From contig OZ244252.1 in the NCBI GenBank assembly GCA_965217185.1, positions 1,312,001 through 1,376,000 on the forward strand: a stretch of DNA of 64,000 bases, given 5' to 3'. The DNA comes from an uncultured Candidatus Entotheonella sp. (lineage in GTDB: Bacteria > Tectomicrobia > Entotheonellia > Entotheonellales > Entotheonellaceae). The notes under the pieces were generated by a model that worked only from the letters and a program-made list of their open reading frames with translations, did no database searches and was not told the origin of the DNA. Positions 10,401-21,591 of this stretch are shown here, one piece after another. Positions within the stretch are counted from its first letter, which is position 1. Each line of letters begins with the position of its first letter. The position numbers and the translations under genes were made by a program.

Positions 10401-13400
10401 GCGACGCTCAGTTGCGGCAGCGCGGGCGCCGCGTCGTTGTCGAAGATACGGCCCTGCGTCGTCGCCGCCGCCGCCGGCAGCGCCGCATTCCTGGCGCTCG
10501 ACAGCGTTAGCGTGAAGGTCTCTTCGTCCTCCTCGTCGAGCTCGTCGTCGGCCGTCTTCACCGTGACGATCTTCCGCCTGTCGCCGGCCGTGAAGGTCAG
10601 CGTCCCGGAATCCGCCGTGAAGTCGGTTCCCGCCACCGCCGTGTCGTCCGCCTCGTCGAGCGCCGCGGCCGCCCAGGCCACCGTCACCTGCCTGCCGCTC
10701 GCCCGCGACAGCTCCACCGTGAACTCCACGTCATCGCCCTCGGTCGCCGAGGCATCCGCCACGCTCAGCACCGGCTCCACGTCGTCGTCGTCAATCGTGC
10801 CCGTCGCCGTCGTCTCCACCGCCGGCAGCGTCGCGTTCGTCGGGCTCGACAGCCTCAGCGTGAAGGTCTCGTCGTCCTCGTCGAGATCGTCGTGGGCCGT
10901 CTTTACCGGGACGGTCTTTTGTGTGTCGCCGGCCGCGAAGGTCAGCGTCCCCGAATCCGCCGTGAAGTCGTCCACTCCGGCCGAGTCGCCCGCCTCGTCG
11001 AGCGCGGCGGCCGCCCAGGCCACCGTCACTGGCTTGCCGCTTGCCGCCGACAGCGTCACCTTGAACTTCACGTCGCTGCCCTCGGTGGCCGAGGCAGTCT
11101 CCACGCTTAGCACCGGCGCCTCGTCGTCGATCGTGCCCGTCGCCGTCGGGTCCGTCTCCAGCGTCGCGTTCCTGGCGCTCGACAGCGTCAGCGTGAACGT
11201 CTCGCGGTACTCGTTGAGCGTGTCCTCCACGGTGTCCACCGTGACCCTCTTCTCTGTCTCGTTGGGCGCGAAGGTCAGCGTTGTCGCCGCCACCACCGTG
11301 AAGTCCGTGCCCGCCTCGGCGGTGTCGTCGCTCGCAACCGACGTCTCCCAGTCCACTGTCACCGCCCGCACGCTCGCCGCCGTCAGCTCCACCGTGAACT
11401 CCATGTCATTGCCCTCGGTCGCGGTTGCACCCTCGACCCTCAGCATCGGTGAGCCGTCGTTGTCGTAAATCGTGCCTGCCGCTGTCCGGTCCGCCGCCAG
11501 CGTTGCGTTGGACGGGTTCAACAGCGTCAGCGTGAAGGTCTCGTCGTCCTCGTCGGTGGTGTCATCCGTCGGTACGACGCTGACCGTCCCCGTCGTGTCG
11601 CCCACGTCGATGGTCAGCGTCCCCGAGTCCGCCGTGAAATCGGCAATCTCCGCCGTATTGCCCTCCAGCGACACCGCCCAGTCCACCGTCACCTGCCTGC
11701 CGCTCGCCGCCGACAGCGTCACCTCGAACGCCACCGCCTCGCCCTCGTCCGCCGAGGCCGCCGTCACCACGCTCAGCGTCGGCTCCGCGTCGTCGTCTTC
11801 GATCCTGCCCGTCGCCGTGCGGTCGGTCGCCAGCGTTGCGTTGGTCGGGTTCGACAGCGTCAGCGTGAAGGTCTCGTCGTCCTCGTCGAGGGTGTCATCC
11901 GTCGTTGCGACGCGGACCGTCCCCGTCGTCTTGCCCGCGTCGATGATCAGCCTCCCCGAGTCCTCCGCCTTGAAGTCGGTTCCCGCCACCGCCGTGTCGT
12001 CCGCCTCGTCGAGCGCCGCGGCCGCCCAGTCCACCGTCACTGGCTTGCCGCTCGCTGCCGACAGCCTCACCGTGAACGCCACCGCCTTGCCCTCGGTCGC
12101 CGAGGCAGCCGCCACGCGCACCTCGGGCAAGGTGGCGCCGTCGTCGATGATCGTGCCCGTCGCGGTGCGGTCTCTCGCCAGCGCGGCGTTCATCGCGTTC
12201 CACAGTGTCAGCGTGAACGTCTCGTCGTCCTCGTCGGTGCTGTCCTCCGTCGTCGCCACCAGGACCCTCTTCTCTATCTCGTCGGGCGCGAAGGTCAGCG
12301 TTGTCGCCACCGCCGTGAAGTCCGTGCCCGCCTCGGCGGTGTCGTCGCGCTCCACCGAGGTCGCCACGTCCACCGTCACCGCCCGCTCGCTCTTCGCCGA
12401 CAGGCTCACCGTGAACTCCACGTCCTTGCCCTCGGGCGCCGAGGCATCCTCGACGCGGACCTCGGGCAAGGTGGCGTCGTCGTCGTCGTTGATCGTGCCC
12501 GTGCGGCTCAGCATCGTCCCGCCACCCTGGAGGGTGGCATTCACCGGGTTCGACAGCGTCAGCGTGAAGGTCTCGTTGTCCTCCTCGAGGGTGTCGTCGG
12601 CCGTCAACACCGTGACGATCTTCTGCGTCTGGCCGGCCGTGAAGGTCAGCCTTGTCATCACCGCCGTGAAGTCCGTGCCCGCCTCGGCGGTGTCGTCGCT
12701 CGCCACCGAGGTCGCCACGTCCACCGTCACCGTCCTGTTGCTTGCCGCCGACAGCGTCACCGCGAAGGCCATCTCGTGGCCCTCGCTCGCCGAGGCAGCC
12801 GCGACCCTCAGCGTCGGTGGGTCGTCGTCGTCCCTGAGCGTCATCGTCCGGCTCGCGTTTCCAGCCAGCGTGGCGTTGGTCGGGTTCGACAGCGTCAGCG
12901 TGAAGGTCTCCTCGTCGTCCTCGTCCAGGGTGTCGTCGATGACGCTCTCTACGATCAATTCCGCAGTGTTGTGCCCCGGATTGAACGTCACCGTGCCGGT
13001 CGGCGGGAAGTCGTCAAAGTCGTCCGCTTGCGCGGTGTCGCCGCTCTCCAGCGAGACCGCCCAGTCCGCCGTCACCGTCTTGCTGCTCGCCGCCGACAGC
13101 CTCACCGTGAACTCCACCGGATCGCCCTCCGGCGCCGAGGCATCCTTGACGCGCACCGACGGTTCCCCGTCGTTGTCGAGGATCGTGCCCGTCGCGGTTG
13201 GGTCCGCCGGCAGCGTGGCGGCGGTGGCGTTCGACAGCCGCAGCGTGAAGGTCTCGTCCGCCTCGTCGGTCGCGTCGTCCACCGTCGCCACCGTGACCGT
13301 CTTCGACGTCTCGCCGGCCGGGAAGGTCAGCGTCTCCGACACCGCCGTGAAGTCGTCCGAACTCGCCGTGTCGCCGCTCGCCACCGACACCGAGGTCGCC

Positions 13401-16400
13401 ACGTGCACCGTCACCGCCAGCGCGCTCGCCGCCGACAGCCTCACCGTGAACGCCACGTCCTCGCCCTCCTCCGCCGAGGCAGCCGCCGCCTCGAAGCGCA
13501 CCTCGAGCAAGGCGGCGTTGACCTGGTGGGCGGGCGCGTCGTCCATCGCGGCGTGCTCCAGATCATCTTGCTCCGCCTCATGCATCACGGCGTCGTGGAT
13601 CGTCGCACCGTTCAACTCGATGCTGTCGGCGGCGTAGCTGATGCCGTCGGCGTCCAGGTCCGCCGCCTGCACCGTATAGGAGAAGCTCAGGGTGTCGGTG
13701 CCCGTACCCGACACATAGCCTGCCCGCCGGATCTCGTCGCCTACCTTGATGACGAAGGACGGCAGCGACTCGCCGGCAACCGTCACCGGCTCGTGGAAGC
13801 GGACGCCAAGCGTGATCGTCTCGCCGGTGGCATAGCTGTAGCCGAGCGAGTCGGCCGGAGTGGACGTAATGTCGATGCCCGTGACGCTCGGCTTCTTCGT
13901 ATCCACCCTGCGGGTGAATTCGGCGGTCGCGTTCGGGTTGCCGGCCTCGTCGTCGACCGCCCCCGCCCGGATGGTAAACGTCAGAACGCCTTCGTAGTCG
14001 TCCTTCGGATGCACGACCGCCTGAAACCGTTTGCTGGAGGTCCCCAACGGGTACGAGCGTACCAGACCGCCATTCGTGATTGTGATGTCCGAGCCCGCGT
14101 GCCATTGCAAGCGTTCATCATCTATCGTTTCATGTTGGCCGGGGTCCTCCAGGACCGCCTCGCTGAAGGTGATCGTCACCGTGAAGTCGCCGCTCACCAC
14201 CTCGTCCACGCCGACGCTTACCGCGAGATCGATTGCCGGACCCTCGACATCGACGCCGAAGGTGCGCTGCGCCTGGCGGTTGCCCTCCTCGATCACGTTG
14301 GCGGGAATCGCCACCGTCACCTCGCCCGCCCCCTCGTCCACCGAGATGGTGGTGCGGTACCAGGTGAAGCTCCCGCCTCTGAGCTCAGCCTCGAACGCCG
14401 TGACCTCGCCGTTGTACACGACGACGTCGTCTTCCGTGAACCCGTCCGGATCCGGCGTCTGCTTGAAATACAGATACATCTCGAACTCGGCTTTGACGTT
14501 GGTGACTGTAAGAGCCAAGCCGATCTCGCGGATGTGCTGGAGGACCGGCAACGGCGTGTCCGTGTTGACGCCGGTGACCGTCACCGTGTATTCCCGGCTG
14601 GCGCTCCCGTCCGCCGAGGTCACCTCTGCGGTGATGTCCTTGCTGGCGCCGGCTGTGAGGTCCAGGACCACCTGATGGCCGGGCGCGCTGCCGTCGGCGT
14701 CGTCCGGCTTGATCTCGACGGTGGAAGCCGGCGCCCGCGCCGCGGCGCTGACCGTGGTGCTCGCCACCCCGGTGGACACCGCGGCGCTGTAGCTCAGGGT
14801 CGCCGCGTCGAAGGGCGGGGTGAGCTCGATACCGCTCAAGGCCAGCGACGACAGCGCCGCGTCGGCCGGGTCGTCGTCGCTGATGGTGACCGTCGAGCGG
14901 CAGCCCGCCGCCGGGCAGACGGTGCCGTCGGGCTGCCGCAGCACCACCCCGGACGGTTGCCCGGAGACGGTTTCCAGGGCCACCTGCAGGGTCTCGTCGG
15001 GTTCGTCAACGGTGTCATCCGTGAGCACCAGGGTTATCTCCCGGCGGGCCGTGAAAAGCGCTCCATCGGCGCTGAAATCGGAGGGCTGCCATGCGATCGC
15101 CGCCGAAAGGGCACGGAAGTCGATACCGTTGCCCTGTGCCTGCCCGTCAATCTCCTCGGTGCGCAAGAACACGGAAATGGACCGATTGGGCGGCGGCACG
15201 CCGGGCTCGGTACGGGCGACGAGGACGACCGCAGCGCCGGTGGCGTTCTCGGCAAAGGTGTAGGCCGCCTGCTCGAGGCGCACCGTCACCGCCGGGTCGG
15301 CCACCACCATCTGCACGCTCGCCGCGTTGGGCGTCCCCGGCACGTAGCCCGGCCCGGGCGCCACCGCGGCGGTGAGCGTGCCGCCCTGCGTCAGCGCCGT
15401 GTTGAACAGGCGGCGTGCCAGCCGCAACTCGGCGCTGGTGTTGCCGGTCGCGAAGTGCACACGCCGCGCGAGCGTGTCGGCGGAGAGGAACGGCCGCTGC
15501 TGCGTCAGCCCTACCGCCACCGACAGCGGCGCCGCCGTGCTGCCGCTGCGCCTCAGCGTGAAGACCGCGTCGTCGAGCCCGGCGGTATACGACGCCCGTT
15601 CGGCGGCAATGCTGACGTGTGCCAGTGCCCCCGCCTGCGGCACCCGCGCGCTCGGGGCGCTCGCCAGCGTGTTGGCGAAGCCGCCGCCGTCCGTGTAGGT
15701 CGCCTGCGCCGTCAGCGTCGCCTCCACGTCGTGCCCCGACACCGTGTAAGTCGCCGAGGTCGCCCCGGCAATCGCCGTCTCGATGCTGCCGGCCCGCCTG
15801 CGGTACCACTGCCAGGACAGCGGCAGCGGGTCGGACACCCCGTCGGGGTCGGCGATGCCGACGACCGATGCCGTCAGGGCGACGCCGACTGCCAACGGGG
15901 TGTCGGCGATCGTCACCGTCCCCGCGCTCGGCGGGTCGTTCGCGTTGCGCACCCGCACCACCAGCGCCAACGTCGTGTCCGCCGTGCCGTTCGAGGCCTT
16001 CACCTTCACCACGTACTCGTTGTTCGCCGCGCCGTTCGCCGGGTTGGTGCTCGCCTTGTCCCTGGGCGCCTCGTAGTCCGGCGCCGAGAAGAAACTCAGC
16101 ACCCCCGCCCGGCTCAGCGCGAAGCGCGCCGCGTCCGCCCCGCCCCCCTTGCTCCACGTGATCGTGCCGCCGCCAGCGTCGCTCGCCTGCAGCGTCGCCA
16201 CCGCAGTGGTGTTCTCCGCTACCTCCAGCGGCGTGGCCGTGGTGATTACCGGCTCGGCGGCGCGCGGGTCGATGACGGTGATCGTCATGCCGTCCGCGCG
16301 CGGCGCTTTGCTGCTTGCCAGCGGTCCGAAGGTGACGGTGGTGCCGACAGGCGTGCCGGCGGCAATGGCCAGGGTGGCCGTGGCGGTGTGCGGACTGGCG

Positions 16401-18440
16401 TCAGCGAGCTGGTAGTAGATCGTGTCGTATCCCTGGTTCTCGACGTTGCTCCCGAACGCGGTGTCTCCGGTGCCACCGCTGAACGTTGCACAGAAGTGCT
16501 GCGGAGCGGCGCACGACTCGGAACCAGTGGCCAGTGTGTTCGGAGTGAAGGAGCTGGAGTCGTGGGGAACATAGAAGCCGACGTGCTCGTCCTGCGGCTT
16601 GTCTCCCGAGGCCAGGGTGAGGGTATAGGTGTAGGTGTCGCCGGCCGCCGGCATCGTCTCGCCCGTCAGGGTCCAGGTGGCGCCGGCCGCCGTCGGCATC
16701 GCCTCGTCGGGCGCGTCGTCGTCGGTGATGGTGACCGTCGACCGGCAGCCCGACCCCGGGCAGGAGCCCGGAGGCGGCTTCCAGGGTCAGGTGCAGCTCC
16801 TCGGGGGGCTCGGGCTCGTCGATGGTGTCATCGGTGAGCACCAGGGTTATCTCCCGGCGGGCGCTGAAGACCACTCCATCGGCGCTGAAGTCGGAGGGCT
16901 GCCATGTGATCGACGCCGAAAGGGCATGGAAGTCGACACCGTTGCCCTGTGCCTGCCCGTCAATCTCCTCGGTGCGCAGGGAAACGCCGCTGATCGGTCG
17001 CGTGGGCAGCGGCACGCCGGGCTCGGTGCGGGCGATGACGGCGACCGCAGTGTCGGCGCCGGTGGCGTTCTCGTCAAAGGTGTAGGTTTGCCGCTCGATG
17101 CGCACCGTGACGGCCGGGTTGGCCACCACCATCTGCACGCTCGCCGCGTTGGGCGTGCCCCGCACGTAGCCCGGCCCGGGCGCCACCGTGGCGGTGAGCG
17201 TGCCGCCCTGCGTCAGCGTGTGGTCCGCGAACAGGTCGCCTGCCAGCCGCAGCTCGGCGGTGGGCGCGCCTGGCTCGAAGCGCACGGTGGTGGGTGCCAG
17301 GTTGGCGCTGGAAAGCAGCGCCTGGTCCTGGGTCAGCACCACCGCCACCTCCAGGGCCGCGTCCGCGATGCCCCAGCGCCGCAGCGTGAAAACCACGTCG
17401 TCGAGCCCGGCGGTATACGACGCCCGAGCGACGGCGATGGTGACGTGCGCCGCCTCGGCGTTGTCGAAGATCGTGCCCGTGGCGGTCGGGTCCGCCGGCA
17501 GCGTGGCGTTCGTGGCGTTCAACAGCCTCAGCGTGAAGGTCTCGTCCGCCTCGACGATGGTGTCCTCCGTCGTCTGCACCGTGACGGTCTTCTGCGTCTC
17601 GCCGGCCTTGAATATCAGCGGCGTCGGCACCGCCGTGAAGTCGCTCGAACTCGCCGTGTCGCCAGGCTCCACCGAGGTCGCTATGTCCACCGTCGTCGCC
17701 AGCGTGCCTGCCGCCGACAGCGTCACCTCGAACTCCACCCTGTCGCCCTCGGTCGCCGAGGCATGCGCGACGTGCAACGCGGGCAACGTCCGCAGCCGCA
17801 CCGTGACCTTGGGCTCGGACGACCAGTCCAGGCCGCTGTCGGACCATCGATAGGATTCGGTAAAGAAGGAATAGGCGCTACTGCCGAACACGAAGAGGTC
17901 GCTTCCGACGTGCAACACCAGGCTGTCGCGGTGGCCGTCGTCAAGGGGATTGCTGGTCGTCAAGCTGAAGGTCAGGGTCCCTTTGGGGTTGCCGCTGGCT
18001 TCGACATAGACGCCGTCGATCGTGTAGCGGGTCGTGCCGACCGTGAACTCCCTGGGTGCCAGGCCGCCCGTGCCATGGTTGACGCCATAGGCCAAGCCCC
18101 ATCCGAGGTCAATCTCCGCGACCGTGACGATCCCGCACCAGATGTCGTCCGGGCTCAGCGTGCAGCTCCTCTCCCCGCCCCCCGGGGAATCCTGCCTGAG
18201 ATTGCCCACCAGATCGGCGGCCTGGGTCGCGCCCGGCAGGACAAGGGCGGCGAGCAGGGCGAGGCACGCCGCGGCGGCCAGTGCCTGCCCGGAACGGAGG
18301 AGCGCGCGCCGCGCGCCGCACAGGATCGCGAGTGCCGCCGGTCGGCCGGCGGCGGATGCAGTCTGGGAGGAGGGGTGGCCGCCGCGGCGGTCAGGCGGCG
18401 ATGGCGGGGTTCCGTGCTCCCGCGGCTCAGGGGCAGTCAT
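4473..18440 (-). pseudogene. Giant autotransporter adhesin (signal peptide, many Calx-beta repeats, cadherin-like, Ig-like and FN3 domains, C-terminal beta-barrel), split into three ORFs by two frameshifts
   Basis: ORFs 16401-18440, 8426-16699 and 4473-8489 join across lesions at ~16750 and ~8490; repeated 'DDTLDEDDETFTLTLSNPTNA' motifs; barrel ends in LRASVPW. The lesions could be assembly errors. Confidence 0.8.
7723..9080 (-). repeat. Four near-identical tandem coding repeats (~114 aa Calx-beta-like units)
   Basis: Anchor GGCACGTCGTCGTC at 7723, 8062, 8404, 8739 and 9081, giving units of 339, 342, 335 and 342 bp; the 335-bp unit carries the frameshift. Confidence 0.9.
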
Positions 18441-18880
18441 GGCCTCGGTGCCCGGCCTGCCGCCGTGCGCCGTTTCGCAAACCGCAACAGGTTCCCGGCA
18501 CCTTTGTGCCTCGCAGAAAAGCGCCGCTTGCCGCCTTCCGGTCCTTGCCCGGAAGCTCCGCTACCGTGTGCTTTCATTGGACTACTCTCCGTGAAAAGCC
18601 CACTCTCGACTGCGCTCGGGAGCGGACTTCCAGGCTTTTGTATTTTGCCGGCTGCCCCCCCCCTTCAAGAGGGGGAATTGCTGGAGCCTTCCCGTACACG
18701 AAACGTGTGATGCAAATTAGACCCTCCAGCGCACCACGTTCCCCCCTGAGCGGCAGCCGTAAGCCAAGCCGCCAGCGGACGAGCTAGAGAATAATGAGAG
18801 AATAATAACCGAAACCTAAATCTGAAATCCAAATATCTTTTGAAGACAATTATTTAATGTCTTTTCAATAAATTTATTTG

Positions 18881-18961
18881 GTCTAAGAATGTCTCTCCCG
18901 ATGCATCATGACACCCCATCGCACCGAGTCACGGGCAGGGAACCGCGTCTCGCCGCGCCAC
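18881..18961 (+). repeat. ~80-bp dispersed repeat, with a second copy inverted at 49636-49716
   Basis: GTCTAAGAATGTCTCTCCCGATGCATCATGACACCCCATCGCACCGAGT...CCGCGTCTCGCCGCGCCAC closely matches the reverse complement of 49636-49716. Confidence 0.85.
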
Positions 18962-19215
18962 GTCGTCATGTCTTGTGGAACAGTTCCAACACTGTTGAAT
19001 TGATGGGATCGGCTGAGACAAGAGGCATCGTTCGTCATTGCTATGAAAATAGGCTGTGCCACGCCTCAAAGGTCATTCCGGAGTCAAGTCCGGCATGACG
19101 TGCAGGCGGAGCCTACGCCTCTGCACGATGGCGTCCTGGCGACGACTTCCAGGAAGAGACACTTCAAGATAGGTTCACGAGTTGCGAGCTGCGTAACGTC
19201 ACTCAATCATTGCAT

Positions 19216-19244
19216 TTGACACTACCTGAAACTGTCCCTATCCT
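19216..19244 (+). promoter_or_regulatory. Putative sigma70 promoter of the amidohydrolase gene
   Basis: TTGACA-17 bp-TATCCT. Confidence 0.5.
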
Positions 19245-19350
19245 ACGCCCCGCCAAAGCAGCTCGAAGCGCGATGGCTACTGTTGTTCCTGACGCGATGT
19301 CATACGTTTTGCGTCTCACGATCTATGACACGGCAAGGAGGATGGCAGAT

Positions 19351-20673
19351 ATGGAGTTCAATATATCCGAGCATTTCAAAGGCATGGGCATCACGTCCAA
19401 TCAGCCTACGAATCACTACGAGCAAGGAGCCAATTACTTCTCCAGCGGGCATCTCGGCTCTCGCGTTCGCGATCGGCTCGATAGCTTCGCGGAGCGGGTC
19501 AACATGCCGCGCCGCAGCTTCATGAAGACGGTCTGCGGCTTTACGGGCGCGATGCTGGCCGTGAACCAGGCGACCGGCATGCGTTTCTTTGACGTTTCCG
19601 AGGCCGAGGCCGTGGAACAAGCGGCGGCGCACGAGAAGAATGCCCTCCTGAAATCCCACCTCAATTACGTCGTCGACCAGCACACCCACATCTGCTGGCG
19701 CAAGGACGGCTTTGTGCCCGGCGTGAACACGTCCGAAAAGGGCATGTGGTTCGTCAATCTCCTCGACGGGCTGGGCAAGGCCATGGGCCTGGAGAAGGGC
19801 ATCGAGGACATGACCGTGGAGAACTACGGCAAGCTTATCCTTGACGAAAGCGACACCACGGTGGGCATTTTCAACCCGTTCGGCTTCCGCGAGGACTACG
19901 GCGACCAGGATATGATCCCCATCGAGGAGCAGGTAGAGGTTCGCAACCGCTGGCCCAACCGCACCATCATGATGGGCGGCGGCCTGACGCCCAACCAGGG
20001 GCTGGAGTACACCCTGGATCGGCTGCAGATGTTCGTCGAGGACTACCAGATTTCCGGCCTCAAGCTCTACACGTTTGATTCCACCCCGCAACGCGGCTGG
20101 TGGTTCGACGATGTGAAGCTGGCCTATCCGATCTGGGAAAAGTGCCGTGAACTCGGGATCAAAAACATCGGCTGCCACAAGGGTATCCCCTTCGGGCAAT
20201 TCATGGCGCGCTACGCCCACGCCGAGGACTTCGATGCCGTCGCCGATGATTTCACGGACATGAACTGGATCGCGTTCCACTCCGCGTGGCCCTATCACGG
20301 CGAGTTGGCGGCGCTGAAGTCTTTCAAGCCGCAGCGCAACAATCTGTTCTGCGAGCTGGGATCGACGTTCGCCGCGACCGTCACCAGCCGTCCGCTGGAC
20401 TGCGCTCACGTGATCGGAACCCTGCTGCGCGACCTCGGTCAGGATGCCGTGCTGTGGGGCACCGACTCCGTGCTGTGGGGCAACCCGCAGTGGCAGATCG
20501 AGGCCTTCCGGCGCTTCCGTATCCCCGATGAGTTGGTCGAAGGGTACGGTTACCCGCAGTTGACGGATGAGCTCAAGGCCAAGGTGTTGGGCACCAACGC
20601 CGCCCGCATCTGGGGGCTCGAGACCGCTTCTAACACGCCTCCGGCCGAACCGTCCAGGATCGTAGCCGCGTAG
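19351..20673 (+). CDS. Metal-dependent amidohydrolase (amidohydrolase_2 family) with an internal Tat-like motif
   Basis: DQHTH, GLKLY, CHKG, FHSAW and WGTDS motifs; RRSFMK motif; AAGGAGG RBS upstream. Confidence 0.8.
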   Translation: MEFNISEHFKGMGITSNQPTNHYEQGANYFSSGHLGSRVRDRLDSFAERVNMPRRSFMKTVCGFTGAMLAVNQATGMRFFDVSEAEAVEQAAAHEKNALLKSHLNYVVDQHTHICWRKDGFVPGVNTSEKGMWFVNLLDGLGKAMGLEKGIEDMTVENYGKLILDESDTTVGIFNPFGFREDYGDQDMIPIEEQVEVRNRWPNRTIMMGGGLTPNQGLEYTLDRLQMFVEDYQISGLKLYTFDSTPQRGWWFDDVKLAYPIWEKCRELGIKNIGCHKGIPFGQFMARYAHAEDFDAVADDFTDMNWIAFHSAWPYHGELAALKSFKPQRNNLFCELGSTFAATVTSRPLDCAHVIGTLLRDLGQDAVLWGTDSVLWGNPQWQIEAFRRFRIPDELVEGYGYPQLTDELKAKVLGTNAARIWGLETASNTPPAEPSRIVAA

Positions 20674-20744
20674 GACAAACCGGGCCAGGGATGTGGAACA
20701 CGCATGCCTGGCCTTTGCTTTGGCTTTTCGGCAGGAGCCCAGAT

Positions 20745-21032
20745 ATGCCTGTCTATGAATATGAATGCAGTCCGTGCCTGGTCATCTATCAAGTGTTGCA
20801 AGGGATGAAGGACGAGCCCTTGCAGACTTGCCCGAAGTGTTCCGGCTCGGTGCGGCGGGTGATGTCTGCCGCCAGACTGAACCTGCGCAATTACTCCAGC
20901 CCAACCGAGGCGAAGTACGCCAAGATGAGCCACACCGAGGAAATGGCGCGCGAGAAGGAATTGCAGCGCGACTACGAAACCGTCTGGTTGCCGCCGCAGG
21001 TGAAGCACGATCCTTGGAATCACGACCACTAA
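20745..21032 (+). CDS. FmdB-family zinc ribbon protein
   Basis: MPVYEYECSPC...CPKCSG. Confidence 0.8.
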   Translation: MPVYEYECSPCLVIYQVLQGMKDEPLQTCPKCSGSVRRVMSAARLNLRNYSSPTEAKYAKMSHTEEMAREKELQRDYETVWLPPQVKHDPWNHDH

Positions 21033-21063
21033 GGGTCACAAGAATGTGAAGGAGTCACCGTTC

Positions 21064-21426
21064 ATGACACGCTTGGGCGCAATCATCGGTCGCCACGGCG
21101 CAGTATTCCTCCCGCTGTTGCTGGTCGTCGGCTTTGGTTTGTCCGTACCGGCCGAGGCCCAGGAGTGCGGCAAGATACACGAGGTGATCATGACGCACGT
21201 GTTCACGCCGAAGGAACTGGTTCTGGAGGCCGGTGACTGCATTCGCTTCGTCAACATCCACGAGATCGAGCACAGCGCCGTTGCCAGAACGCGGACGTTC
21301 AACACCGGCACGCTGATGCCGAGGAGCAGCTCGCTGATTCGATTCGACACGCCGGGTGAGTTGCCCTACGTGTGTGGGCTGCATCCGCCGATGATCGGAA
21401 CCATCGTCGTCAAGCCGAAGCGGTAA
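21064..21426 (+). CDS. Exported cupredoxin (amicyanin/plastocyanin-like blue copper protein)
   Basis: Signal peptide; ligands H(SA) and C-GL-H-PP-M. Confidence 0.85.
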   Translation: MTRLGAIIGRHGAVFLPLLLVVGFGLSVPAEAQECGKIHEVIMTHVFTPKELVLEAGDCIRFVNIHEIEHSAVARTRTFNTGTLMPRSSSLIRFDTPGELPYVCGLHPPMIGTIVVKPKR

Positions 21427-21591
21427 CCGTAATCGGCTTCCCTCTCCCCCCTGCCCGTGCCGGCGCGTTCTTCCCGCCATGGTAGCCGGACCGTATTTTC
21501 CTTGACTCGCCAGTCCAAAGGGTGCTACCAACGCAAGCCTTGGTACGACCGTTCTTCGCATTCCAGTGGCAACTGATATAAGGAGGGTAAG

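Noticed and set aside
4506..18710. Very long plus-strand ORFs (1361, 1353, 721 and 691 aa) opposite the adhesin
   Set aside because: Antisense shadows of high-GC repetitive coding sequence; Arg- or Ser-rich with no recognisable motifs.
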